Virus record (IMG/VR): IMGVR_UViG_3300025138_000025 | Coordinates: 1 to 64,000 of that record | Length of the DNA: 64,000 bases | Origin: a virus | Direction: 5' to 3' (one strand) | In this document: one piece after another, positions 36,859-46,773 of the stretch | How the letters are laid out: each line of letters starts with the position of its first letter | How positions within the stretch are numbered: the first letter of the stretch is position 1 | Notes under the pieces: model-generated | Database searches by the model: none | What the model was told of the DNA's origin: nothing | Seen by the model: the letters and a program-made list of their open reading frames with translations, nothing else | Made by a program: the position numbers and the translations under genes

Positions 36859-37465
36859 AGTAATAGAATTACTAGAAGGCGAGAAGCCTATAACTAAAAA
36901 AGAAGCGTGTGGCATGTTAAACATTGCCTACAACACTACAAGATTAAACAAAATCATAGTCGAACATAACGAGACTATGAGATTCCGTGCTTTAAGAAAG
37001 GCACAGAACAAAGGAAAAGGTGCAGACCCACAAGAGATAAAGAGTACAGTTCAGATGTATGTAGACGGATTTAATGTATCTGATATAGCTAAGTCGCTTT
37101 ATCGCTCACCTGCATTTATTAAAGGAATTATAGAAAGACTAGGAGTGCCTCAGAAACTCTCCATGACTGACTACGACGGAAGAAGAAACGCAATCTTGCC
37201 AGACCAATGTATGGCAGATGAGTTTGAAATCGGAGAAAAAGTTTGGTGTATTCATCAGAATTACCCAGCTACTATCCAAAGAGAAATACAGCCTGAAGGA
37301 GAAGAAGAAAGAGGTTATAAATTATACTTAGTCTATACCATAGAGTGTACTGACCAAAGTTTATTAAGTAAAACTTTCTTTCCTCACATAACTTCTGCAG
37401 GTAAGTATTACCCACTACCAGCCTACTCGATTGGTAGTTTAAAACATTTACAACAATATTTGTAA
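36812..37465 (+). CDS. T5 D2-like protein
   Basis: TKKEACGML.I, YRSPAF, DEFEIGEKVW, SLKHL. Confidence 0.85.
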   Translation: MRIKKHENLAEANISKVIELLEGEKPITKKEACGMLNIAYNTTRLNKIIVEHNETMRFRALRKAQNKGKGADPQEIKSTVQMYVDGFNVSDIAKSLYRSPAFIKGIIERLGVPQKLSMTDYDGRRNAILPDQCMADEFEIGEKVWCIHQNYPATIQREIQPEGEEERGYKLYLVYTIECTDQSLLSKTFFPHITSAGKYYPLPAYSIGSLKHLQQYL

Positions 37466-38084
37466 AGAACTCAATAAAATGAGCATAAGGAAAAGATATG
37501 GATTATTTAATAGCCTTTTGGCTGTCTGCTTGGTTCATAGTAATATGGAAGCTGGTTCTACCTGCTTTTAGAGTTGCTGTGCTAACAGATAAAGACAATC
37601 CTGTCCTTAGGCATAAGAAAATCGTTACCATGGGAGTGTCATTAATGGCATTACCATTAACACCGTTATTAATGTTTGCGGCATTTGATGTAGGAAAACA
37701 TAGAGAGAGGTTCATTAGGAACTTTGTTATAGGATTATTAGGATGAGCAATTATAGAGATAGATTAGTTAATGCACTTGTAAAAGTTTACGAAGGTTGCA
37801 TTGAAGCACACAAAATGAATATAGAAGTGCTGTTAGGTTCGCATGTCGGACTAGCAGAACATGGAGATATCATTCAGACGTTAGACTTAGAAGTTGAAAA
37901 ACTAGCTGGATTGGAAGACAAGTTGTCTTCTCTAAAGAGGAACTTTAAGTGACACACAACAGAATTGATTGTGCAATTAAATTAAAAGCCTTACTTGATA
38001 AGTTGGATGGGTTGAATGACTTGTCCCCTAAAGAAAGAGAACACGCAATAGATGATTGCAAAGCATTAGCAAGGGAGCTTAGTT

Positions 38085-38441
38085 ATGAGTCAGAATTTAT
38101 TTCTGGAATCTGCTAAGTGCAAGATAGGGGTTATAAGAAACCCCTTTGAGAGAGCAGTAACAGAATATCAAAACAGTCTAAATTATGTAGGCTTTGATGT
38201 TTGGTTGAACGCTAATGTAATGCAAAGTCAGAAAGAAATATATAAGGATTGTAATATCTTAATACGACTAGAAGATTGGAAACATGAACTAGAGGAATTA
38301 GACTTACATCCGAAAGATACATCAGTTTTAGAGAACTTGTTTGTAGCACCTATGTGGAAGCAGTGGTATACATTAAGGACTCGTAGTAGTGTGGCAACAC
38401 TATATAAAGACGATATTATCACATTCGGATATACCTTATAA
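38085..38441 (+). CDS. Sulfotransferase-like protein lacking the 5'-PSB motif
   Basis: IRNPFERAV, IRLED, YKDDIITFGY. Confidence 0.6.
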   Translation: MSQNLFLESAKCKIGVIRNPFERAVTEYQNSLNYVGFDVWLNANVMQSQKEIYKDCNILIRLEDWKHELEELDLHPKDTSVLENLFVAPMWKQWYTLRTRSSVATLYKDDIITFGYTL

Positions 38442-38618
38442 AATTTAGTTCTTGACTAATGCTTAAACTTTTAGTATAATATATTTATATTAAGGAAATA
38501 AGCAATGAGCGACAGGTTTTACACACAAATGCTAGATGCCACAGGTTGGTGTCCGGGGTACCGTAACACCTTTACTCTTGCCGAATACAAACAAAAATAC
38601 AAAACAAGGAAAAGAAAA

Positions 38619-38972
38619 ATGGCTTGGACAGACGAACTAAAAGCTCAGGCAGTAGAGATGTATACTGCAGAGGAACCTACTCCTGAAACAAGTATGGAAA
38701 TCGTTAAAATGATAGCTGATGACATAGACGAGAGTCCGAATGGAGTCAGAATGATATTAACAAAAGCTGGAGTTTATGTAAAGAAAACTCCTGCGACTGG
38801 AACTAAATCAGGTTCAACTGGTGGTACTAGAGTATCTGTAGCAGGTGCACAGGAAACTCTTACTAATGCTATTAGTGATGCAGGAAAAGAACCAGATGCA
38901 GCAATTATCAGTAAGCTTACTGGTAAGGCAGCTCAGTATTTCGCACAGTTAATTAACGAACTGAACGACTAA
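38619..38972 (+). CDS. T5 D3-like DNA-binding protein (possible N-extended form from 38505)
   Basis: WTDEL, SMEIV, SPNGVRM.LTKAGVY, AII.KLTGKAA; promoter at 38452-38480; terminator at 38990-39021. Confidence 0.88.
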   Translation: MAWTDELKAQAVEMYTAEEPTPETSMEIVKMIADDIDESPNGVRMILTKAGVYVKKTPATGTKSGSTGGTRVSVAGAQETLTNAISDAGKEPDAAIISKLTGKAAQYFAQLINELND

Positions 38973-39096
38973 CTTTACCCCTTGAAGCAACTCAGTCTGT
39001 TCGCAGGCTGGGTCTTCTTTTATCTTATAGAATCACCTTGCAAGACGATACCATAGTTGGGACGCTAAAGGACTTTAACAACCCACAAGGAAACGC

Positions 39097-39369
39097 ATGA
39101 AGAAAGATGACTTTATAAAGAATGTAACTAATGCAGGCGATGCCATCATTACTTACCGTAGTCAAAATAGTCGCAGAATGAAATATAATGTCTGCACAAT
39201 GGACTTCGATAATAAGCATATCCAGACTAAGAGGAATAGAGCTAAACCCAATGACGACCAAGTATTATTATTTTGTTGGGATTGTGATAGCTACAGACTT
39301 CTTGTTCCAGAGAATGTAACTTCTATAGTACCTTTAGCAGCGATACTGAAGAATGATAGAACTACATAA
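39097..39369 (+). CDS. Conserved T5-like hypothetical protein (Sm/WYL-like)
   Basis: YNVCT.DFDNK.I, LLF.WD.DSYR; T5 synteny. Confidence 0.7.
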   Translation: MKKDDFIKNVTNAGDAIITYRSQNSRRMKYNVCTMDFDNKHIQTKRNRAKPNDDQVLLFCWDCDSYRLLVPENVTSIVPLAAILKNDRTT

Positions 39370-39655
39370 TGCACCACCAGTATACGAGAAACTAATACAT
39401 TACAATGAAGAAAAACACGAGAGAGTTTACCTTACTGTAAATAGTTTTCGGAATATTGAGTACTTACACATCAGGAAGTATTACCTAGACTTTGATGAAG
39501 AATGGAAGCCAACAAAGGACGGCATTGCTATACCAATAGACTTTAATAATAGCAAGGCATTATTTGAGGGATTAGTTGAGATTCTATCTATCTCGGAAGT
39601 CAAAACCGTTCTTGAAACTCATTTCAAAGATGTATTAGATAAGATTTACCTATAG
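39353..39655 (+). CDS. PC4-like ssDNA-binding protein
   Basis: FRNIEYLHIRKYY..EWKPTKDGI. Confidence 0.85.
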   Translation: MIELHNAPPVYEKLIHYNEEKHERVYLTVNSFRNIEYLHIRKYYLDFDEEWKPTKDGIAIPIDFNNSKALFEGLVEILSISEVKTVLETHFKDVLDKIYL

Positions 39656-39706
39656 CCCACAAAAATAATACTTGACATAAGCTCACAATTTCTGTATAAT
39701 ATATGT

Positions 39707-40648
39707 ATGAATAAGACAGAATACCTAGAATATTGTAATCAAAAGTATGCCGAAGGCAATCCTGTATTGCCAGACGAGGTTTATGATAGGCTTGTGGAGA
39801 ATACTGCTTTAGAAAGTAAAGTAGGCTATATCGAAGTAGGCGAACAAAGATTCCAACACCCCTTCCCAATGTATTCATTACAGAAAGTCTTCGTAGGCGA
39901 AGATGAAGAACCAAAATGGGATATCAACCAATCACACATTATGACTGCCAAGCTGGACGGTGCTGCTGTGTCTATAACTTATGTAGACGGCGTACTAACA
40001 CAGGCACTTTCTCGTGGGGATGGTAAAGAGGGGCTAGATATTACTGAGAAAGTTAGATGTATAGTACCAAATCGAATAGGATTGGATGGAGTAAGGCAGA
40101 TTACTGGAGAAGTAGTTGCCCCTAAGACCATCCCTAACGCTAGAAATTATGCTAGTGGTGCATTGAATCTAAAAGATGTAAACGAATTCAAGTCCCGAGA
40201 CTTAACCTTCATAGCTTATGGCGTACAGCCACAGCCAACCGATAGTTGGACTGAAGATATGTTAGTTATTTCTAACGAGGGACTTAACACAGTCACACAA
40301 AGTGATTATCGAGAATTTCCTCAGGACGGTAAAGTTGTAAGAGTCGACTCTAATATATATTTTGAAACATTAGGCTACACATCACACCATCCAAGAGGAG
40401 CTTTCGCGTTAAAAACCAGACAGGCAGGAGTAGTTACTCGATTGTTAGATGTTGAATGGAATGTCGGCAAATCAGGTGCTGTTTCACCAGTAGGTATACT
40501 TGAGCCTTGTGTCATCGGAGAAGCAACCGTATCTAGAGCAACATTGCATAACATTGCATATATAGACGCTTTGGGATTAGAGATAGGTTGTAAGGTAGAA
40601 GTGATTAGAAGTGGAGAAATAATCCCAAGAATAGTAAAAAGAGTATGA
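39707..40648 (+). CDS. ligA: NAD-dependent DNA ligase, subunit A (adenylation and OB domains)
   Basis: KLDG, RGDG.EG.DIT, DGKVVR, SRATLHN; promoter at 39672-39700. Confidence 0.93.
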   Translation: MNKTEYLEYCNQKYAEGNPVLPDEVYDRLVENTALESKVGYIEVGEQRFQHPFPMYSLQKVFVGEDEEPKWDINQSHIMTAKLDGAAVSITYVDGVLTQALSRGDGKEGLDITEKVRCIVPNRIGLDGVRQITGEVVAPKTIPNARNYASGALNLKDVNEFKSRDLTFIAYGVQPQPTDSWTEDMLVISNEGLNTVTQSDYREFPQDGKVVRVDSNIYFETLGYTSHHPRGAFALKTRQAGVVTRLLDVEWNVGKSGAVSPVGILEPCVIGEATVSRATLHNIAYIDALGLEIGCKVEVIRSGEIIPRIVKRV

Positions 40649-41121
40649 TTTGTGAAATCAAACATTATCAGCAGTTAACTGTTGATGAACTCTATCGCGT
40701 AATCCAGTTAAGAATTGAAGGATTCATTGTGCAAAACAAAGTATGCTATCAAGACTTAGAGGATAAATACGACAAGCATCAATATTATATGATGTGGTAT
40801 GAGAATGGTGTAATGATTGGAGTCAATGCTCTATGCTATAAAAAGAAGTTTAGAGGAGATAATGGAGAGATTTATAAATATCCCGCGTTTCGTAGACAGG
40901 CATGGATGCCTCAATACAAAGGCGGTTGTACTACTAGGGATTTGATTGAAGGAAAGAAGTTCTGTATGAAAACATGGGGAAGCCCACGCATGATGTTAGA
41001 GATAACTTATGAGGGCGGAAAGCAACCTTTTTTAGATTTTGGATTTAAAGAAGTAGGCACTACAATAGATAGTGCAAGTAGAAAAAATTGGATATTTGTA
41101 TATGAGCCCGATACTTATTAA
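40645..41121 (+). CDS. ElaA-like GNAT acetyltransferase
   Basis: LTVDELYRVIQLRIEGFIVQNKVCYQDLE. Confidence 0.7.
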   Translation: MICEIKHYQQLTVDELYRVIQLRIEGFIVQNKVCYQDLEDKYDKHQYYMMWYENGVMIGVNALCYKKKFRGDNGEIYKYPAFRRQAWMPQYKGGCTTRDLIEGKKFCMKTWGSPRMMLEITYEGGKQPFLDFGFKEVGTTIDSASRKNWIFVYEPDTY

Positions 41122-41872
41122 CATAGATGTCTCAGGCATCTGCAACGAAACATGTAACTACTGCCCTCGTAGTAGTGGTTATGAGAATGTAAAAGAGTAC
41201 ATGGGTTTGCGAGATTTCGGAAAATTCATAGCTAGTTGCCACAGTTACAAAGGAACTATTTGTTTCACAGGTAGAGGAGAGAACTCCTTACACCCAGACT
41301 TCGGAGCATTAGCAAGGATGCTTCATCACGAGACTAGAACTTATAGAACAAGAATCTTAACTAATGGATATAAGTTAGAACAAAAGATGCAATACTTTGA
41401 CTTGTTTGATTCACTTATAATTAATAGTTATAAGTCAGAAGAACAGATGGAAGAACGCAAAAAGATTATGCCTAGAGCAACACATAGATACTGGGACCAA
41501 AATATGAAGCCCGAAGATTGGGGAGAGACTCCAATTCAAGTAGCAAACAGAAGTGATATTTATAATCGTATTGCTACAGATAGGTCAGCTATCAATGAAG
41601 TATGTATTCTACCTTTAACTAAAGGATGGATTCATTGGGATGGTAGTATACAGATGTGTTGTAATGATTGGACAGACACAAATATATTTGGGAATATTAA
41701 AGAGGATAACTTCTTTGATGTTTGGAAGAACAATCCTAAACTACAAGAACTAAAACAACAATTAGCAAAAGGTAATCGTGCAGCAAATCCAATCTGTACA
41801 ACATGCAATAGACTACCTTCAAATAGAGATAAGAATAAAATAAAATGGTTGAAGAAATTAAAAGTAATGTAG
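41102..41872 (+). CDS. Radical SAM protein with SPASM/twitch domain
   Basis: CNETCNYC, GEN.LHP, C..IHWDG...CCND, CTTC. Confidence 0.9.
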   Translation: MSPILINIDVSGICNETCNYCPRSSGYENVKEYMGLRDFGKFIASCHSYKGTICFTGRGENSLHPDFGALARMLHHETRTYRTRILTNGYKLEQKMQYFDLFDSLIINSYKSEEQMEERKKIMPRATHRYWDQNMKPEDWGETPIQVANRSDIYNRIATDRSAINEVCILPLTKGWIHWDGSIQMCCNDWTDTNIFGNIKEDNFFDVWKNNPKLQELKQQLAKGNRAANPICTTCNRLPSNRDKNKIKWLKKLKVM

Positions 41873-42522
41873 ACTCCGTAGTAAACCTTAGTGGTGGACT
41901 AGAGTGTGCTGCTGCTTTATGGTATGCAGTTGAGAAAGGTTACAATCCAGTTGCGCTTCATCTATATAATAAACAAGGTTGGGGAGATGTTGCTGATGCT
42001 CAGCTTGCAGCTGCTCATAAACAAGCAAACCTTATGAAAGTAAGACTTCTAGTAGACGAGGCAAATATGCCACAGAATCATAGAATACATAACTACCCAG
42101 TCTTACAGCATCAATCAGCTATATCTACTTTGATAGTAGGTAATCCAAAAGTTAGCTGGAAAGCAATCATATGGGGAGCAAATGCAGATGACTCATGGCA
42201 ACAAAGATTACAACTTAAGTTTCCATTTAGGTCATTAGCTTGTGGGTGGAGTCAGACGCTAGACCCACACGGACTAAAACCTCATCATGTGCTAAAGCTA
42301 CCTACTAATGTATTTCCTTTCGAGTGGATGCAGAAGTCGGAGATTGTAGCCATGCTAATTCAGGCAAAGCCTGAGTTGTTAGATATGATTTGGTCATGCA
42401 CTGGAAAGATAGTAGATAATAAACCTTGTGGAGTTTGTACAAAATGTATAGAACTTAGCTACGCCCGAAAGGTTGCGTGGAAGTCAGTCTACAAAAGACA
42501 AGAAGGAAATTTTAGAACATGA
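41845..42522 (+). CDS. QueC-like PP-loop ATPase
   Basis: NLSGGLEC, KSEIV, IWSC..PCGVCTKC. Confidence 0.75.
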   Translation: MVEEIKSNVDSVVNLSGGLECAAALWYAVEKGYNPVALHLYNKQGWGDVADAQLAAAHKQANLMKVRLLVDEANMPQNHRIHNYPVLQHQSAISTLIVGNPKVSWKAIIWGANADDSWQQRLQLKFPFRSLACGWSQTLDPHGLKPHHVLKLPTNVFPFEWMQKSEIVAMLIQAKPELLDMIWSCTGKIVDNKPCGVCTKCIELSYARKVAWKSVYKRQEGNFRT

Positions 42523-42899
42523 GCGGTGGAGTATACAACAAAACCTATTTCGAGAATCATCCTTGGGAAAAGGATAAAGAAGGAGTGCTCTATGGAGTTA
42601 TCCTTGTAAACAAGGCAACATGGGAAAGAGAAACAATAAAGGTCGGCATCGCAAAAGGGCGAACATTCAAAGACGTAGTAAAAAGAGGGCGTGGCTTTAC
42701 GAACTACGACATCAGAATACAGAGAATATGGAGCGGGACGATATACGACTGCTGGAGATGGGAGCAGAAGCTACACGAGAAATATGAATTGGACAGACAT
42801 AAAACAGAGCATCACTTTGGCGGACATACCGAGTGCTTTGCCATGGACTCAAAAATACTGGAGGACTTCCCCAAGAAGCATGAAATATTTAGGGATTAG
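42519..42899 (+). CDS. GIY-YIG-like (T5orf172/Seg-like) nuclease
   Basis: GVLY..IKVGIA..EQKLH..GHTECF. Confidence 0.6.
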   Translation: MSGGVYNKTYFENHPWEKDKEGVLYGVILVNKATWERETIKVGIAKGRTFKDVVKRGRGFTNYDIRIQRIWSGTIYDCWRWEQKLHEKYELDRHKTEHHFGGHTECFAMDSKILEDFPKKHEIFRD

Positions 42900-44208
42900 T
42901 GAAGGCTTTCACGATGCCGGAGTGGCATTAGTAAACAATAATCAGATACTGTTTGCAAGTCATGCCGAGAGGTATACTAGAGTTAAGAATGATAGATTTG
43001 TGCCTCATGCGTTAAAATATCCTCACGATGTCAGCGTATTCTATGAAGATACTAACCTAAAGAATTTAAGAAGATTAAAGAATGGACAACGAGCAACTCT
43101 AAATGGGCATAGTTATGATAAGTATGTAGGACACCATGAGAGTCATATGGCAGCAGGATATTATACTGCCCCTTTTAAAGATGATGTAGTATGCGTTGTA
43201 ATAGATGCAATCGGTGAGTATGATACAGCAAGTATTTGGAAAGATGGTGAGAAGGTATGGAGCAAAACATATCCAGACTCACTAGGATTATTCTATAGTG
43301 CTATCACGAAACGCATAGGATTAAAACCAAACGAAGATGAATACATAACAATGGGTATGGCAGCGTATGGAACGCCTTGTGTAGATATGGGAGACATAAT
43401 GCACACAAATCTGCACAAAGGAATACCATTAAAGAAATGGTTTTGGAATACACCTGAAGACATAGCCGCTTCAGCACAGTTGTTTATCGAAAGCGAGATA
43501 CTAGATATCATGCGTAAGGCTAGAGAGTACGGAAGTAAATTAGTTTATGGAGGTGGAGTAGCATTAAACTGCGTGGCAAATTCAAAAGTAAGACCATTGT
43601 TTGATGATATGTGGATATTTCCAAGCCCAGGAGATGCTGGGAGTTCGCTAGGAGCAGTCTTAGCGTATACAAAGCAAAGAATAGAATATAAAGATTGCTT
43701 TCATGGATATAATATAGAAAGAGAATTAAATCCAATAAAAGTAGTTGAAGAATTAATAAATAATAAAGTAGCAGGAGTAGCAAATGGAAAAGCAGAATTT
43801 GGGCCTCGTGCACTTGGTAATAGGAGTCTGCTTGGTGATGTGCGTTACGACATTAAAGATACAGTTAATGCCATTAAACGCAGACAGAAGTTTCGCCCTT
43901 TCGCACCAGCGATTTTGGAGGAGTTTGTAGATGAATACTTTGAAGGATACACTAATGAGTATATGCAGTTTACTTCTCAGGCTAAGCATGATTTTAACTC
44001 GATCACCCACGTCGATGGAAGTGCCAGAGTCCAAGTCGTTAGAGCTAACTCTAAGTCAGCATTACGACCTATTTTAGAAGAATACTATGAAGTTACCAAA
44101 GTGCCGATGTTGTTAAATACAAGTTTAAATATAAAAGGACAGCCCATGGTTAATACTTGGGATGAGGCATTAGATTTTCAACACAAGTATGGAGTAAAAG
44201 TATTTTGA
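42880..44208 (+). CDS. Carbamoyltransferase (NodU/CmcH family)
   Basis: FHDAG, HHESH, GGVALNC, EFGPRALGNRS, FRPFAP, LLNTSLN. Confidence 0.95.
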   Translation: MKYLGISEGFHDAGVALVNNNQILFASHAERYTRVKNDRFVPHALKYPHDVSVFYEDTNLKNLRRLKNGQRATLNGHSYDKYVGHHESHMAAGYYTAPFKDDVVCVVIDAIGEYDTASIWKDGEKVWSKTYPDSLGLFYSAITKRIGLKPNEDEYITMGMAAYGTPCVDMGDIMHTNLHKGIPLKKWFWNTPEDIAASAQLFIESEILDIMRKAREYGSKLVYGGGVALNCVANSKVRPLFDDMWIFPSPGDAGSSLGAVLAYTKQRIEYKDCFHGYNIERELNPIKVVEELINNKVAGVANGKAEFGPRALGNRSLLGDVRYDIKDTVNAIKRRQKFRPFAPAILEEFVDEYFEGYTNEYMQFTSQAKHDFNSITHVDGSARVQVVRANSKSALRPILEEYYEVTKVPMLLNTSLNIKGQPMVNTWDEALDFQHKYGVKVF

Positions 44209-45044
44209 TTTATTGGAATGGATGTAGCTTTGTGCAAGGTATGGAAGTCGCTAAGATTAGAGACCAGTTTGTATCATTAGTTTCTAATGAATTTAATCAG
44301 AACTGGATTAGACATTCTAAAGTTGGCGGAAGTAATGATAGAATACTTAGATGTATTATAGATGACTTCTGTAATCACAGTAAAGGTATATTGGGTAAGG
44401 CATACAATTCTAGTAATAGAGATACTGATATTTTAGAGTATGATACTGATGGGAATAAAGCAGATTTGGTTATTATACTTTGGTCTGGAATAAACAGAAT
44501 GGAATACCTAAATCCTAATACTAAAACTTGGAGACAATCGGCTTGGATTAGACATCGTATGGCTCCTAGATACCCCTACAAACTATCAGCCGATTCACAC
44601 ATACACTACCACCCAGACATGACAAGAAGTATGCATAGCGGACTAGAAGGATATGCTAAGGATGTTCGTTTTGGAACGTACAACCTATTACAAAGTTTAA
44701 ATTATATGATTTCAGTAAAGTACATATTAGAATCAAAAGGAATACCTTACTTGTTCTATAACTTAAGTGATGGGCAGATAAACCCAGTCAAAAAGTCAAT
44801 AGACGATAAAAGATTTGAAGGCGCAAATATTACTTGGCATAATCATCAACTAAATTGGGCACAGTATTGTAAAGAGTTACCTCACCTAGAAGGAGAGGGC
44901 TTTTATGATATGTGCAAAAGAAACGATGTGCCATTTGGACCAAAAGACCATCCCTTAGAGGAAGGAAATAGGTTAATGGCAAACAGAATTATAAAGGATA
45001 TATATGATAAAAAATTCGATAAAGTCTTTAGTAAAGAAAATTAA
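44205..45044 (+). CDS. SGNH hydrolase-like protein
   Basis: NGCSF, GGSNDRI, DHP.EEG. Confidence 0.75.
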   Translation: MIYWNGCSFVQGMEVAKIRDQFVSLVSNEFNQNWIRHSKVGGSNDRILRCIIDDFCNHSKGILGKAYNSSNRDTDILEYDTDGNKADLVIILWSGINRMEYLNPNTKTWRQSAWIRHRMAPRYPYKLSADSHIHYHPDMTRSMHSGLEGYAKDVRFGTYNLLQSLNYMISVKYILESKGIPYLFYNLSDGQINPVKKSIDDKRFEGANITWHNHQLNWAQYCKELPHLEGEGFYDMCKRNDVPFGPKDHPLEEGNRLMANRIIKDIYDKKFDKVFSKEN

Positions 45045-45216
45045 AGCACTATGGTTTCAACTTAGAAATCGAAACAAGTACATAGAAGATACTCACATCT
45101 ATGAGGACTAATAATTACTCTGATGTGAAGTTTGGGTGTACCAAACAAAAAATAGTTCTTGACAGATGCCCAAACTTTTTGTATAATATATTATATATTT
45201 AGAAAGGAAACCGTAA

Positions 45217-45972
45217 GTGAAACAAATTATACCACCAACTAACTGTCCTTGTTGTGACTCTACATTAGAGTTCATTAACGACCAGTTATTTTGCAAGAAC
45301 ACTCAGTGTTCTGCACAGTGGGATAAAAAAGTAGTTAACTTCGCTTCCACACTAAAGATAAAAGGGCTTGGACCTGCAGCAATTACAAAGCTGAATATCC
45401 AAGACTACGCTGAATTATATGAATTAACTGTAGAAGATTTGCAGTCAAGACTAGGTTCAGTTAGATTAGGAGAGAAACTCTTTATAGAGATTCAGAACTC
45501 AGAATCGTTGCCGTTGGTTAAGATACTACCATCGTTTTCGATTCCGCTTATCGGTCGTACAGCTTCTCAAAAATTATGCAATAGTATATCTCATATTGAA
45601 GATATCAGCGAGAAAACATGTAGCGAAGCGGGACTCGGTCCGAAAGCAACTGCTAATCTAATTAACTGGTTAGAAACTGAATATTACCCCAATGACTACA
45701 ACAACAGCCTACCTTTCAACTGGAATAATAAAATAGTAGAAAAGACAAAGGTTTCAGGTGTTGTTTGTATTAGTGGTAGACTAAAAAGTTATAAAACTAA
45801 AGCTCATGCAGAGCAAGTGCTTAGTCAATATGGATTTGTCGTAAAATCAAGTCTGACAAAAGACGTGACCCATTTGGTAAATGAGTCTGGAGTCGAGTCA
45901 GCAAAAACACAGACAGCTCGTGAACGAGGTGTCGTAATTATAACCAACCTAAAACATTTATTAGAGGATTAA
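45217..45972 (+). CDS. ligB: NAD-dependent DNA ligase, subunit B (Zn finger, HhH, BRCT)
   Basis: PTNCPCC, IKGLGP, IPLIG, BRCT VCISG..LTKDVTHLV; own promoter at 45159-45187. Confidence 0.92.
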   Translation: MKQIIPPTNCPCCDSTLEFINDQLFCKNTQCSAQWDKKVVNFASTLKIKGLGPAAITKLNIQDYAELYELTVEDLQSRLGSVRLGEKLFIEIQNSESLPLVKILPSFSIPLIGRTASQKLCNSISHIEDISEKTCSEAGLGPKATANLINWLETEYYPNDYNNSLPFNWNNKIVEKTKVSGVVCISGRLKSYKTKAHAEQVLSQYGFVVKSSLTKDVTHLVNESGVESAKTQTARERGVVIITNLKHLLED

Positions 45973-45976
45973 TCAA

Positions 45977-46693
45977 ATGGCATTACCAAAATGGACAGAC
46001 GAAAGAACATCAGAATTGACTTCTTTTGTCGGTGACGAAAGCCCTGTATCACAGGCAACTGTAGCAACTGCTGCAGAACAACTAGAAACTTCAGTAAGAA
46101 GTGTATCTAGTAAACTAAGAAAAATGGGTTTTGATGTAGAACTAGCTTCAGCATCAGCAACTAAATCTTTCTCAGATGAGCAAGAAGCTACTTTAAGTAA
46201 CTTTGTAACAGATAACTCTGGTTCATACACATATGCAGATATCGCTGCAAACTTTGAAGGCGGACACTTTAGTGCAAAGTCTATTCAAGGAAAAATTCTT
46301 TCTATGCAGTTAACAGAACATGTTAAACCTGCTCCTAAAGTTGAGACTGTTAAGTCTTACAACGAGGAAGAAGAAAGCCAATTCGTTTCAATGGTAAACG
46401 ACGGAGCTTTCATTGAAGATATAGCTGAAGGACTTGGTAGAAGTGTAAACTCTATCAGAGGAAAAGCTTTATCACTTCTTAGAGCTGGGGAAATCAACGC
46501 GATTCCTAAGCAAAAAGAAACTAAAGGTTCAAGCAAAGCTGATCCTTTAGCAGACCTAGACATCGATGGTATGACTGTCGACTCTATTGCTGATACAATC
46601 GGCAAAACAGTAAGAGGCGTGAAAACAATGCTTACTAGAAGAGGTCTACAATGTGCTGATTACAATGGCGCAGCTAAAAAAGAAATAGGTTAA
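45977..46693 (+). CDS. T5 D5-like DNA-binding transcription regulator
   Basis: RSVSSKLRKMG, YTYA.IA, IQGKILS, IRGKALSLLR.G, RGVKTML.RRGL..DY.GAAK. Confidence 0.92.
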   Translation: MALPKWTDERTSELTSFVGDESPVSQATVATAAEQLETSVRSVSSKLRKMGFDVELASASATKSFSDEQEATLSNFVTDNSGSYTYADIAANFEGGHFSAKSIQGKILSMQLTEHVKPAPKVETVKSYNEEEESQFVSMVNDGAFIEDIAEGLGRSVNSIRGKALSLLRAGEINAIPKQKETKGSSKADPLADLDIDGMTVDSIADTIGKTVRGVKTMLTRRGLQCADYNGAAKKEIG

Positions 46694-46773
46694 TCTAACC
46701 TTTTCACCTTCGCGAGAGGCTCTACGGAGCCTTTCGTATCTTATAACCACTAAATTGTCTTGGGAGATTCAAT

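Noticed and set aside
41102-42522. Standard 7-deazaguanine DNA modification pathway (queE-queC)
   Set aside because: The radical SAM has a SPASM-type tail unlike QueE, the PP-loops are altered, and folE, queD and dpdA are not in the window
39707-45972. Ligase pseudogene or intron-split gene
   Set aside because: A two-subunit NAD-ligase is normal for T5-like phages, and both halves are intact with their own promoters
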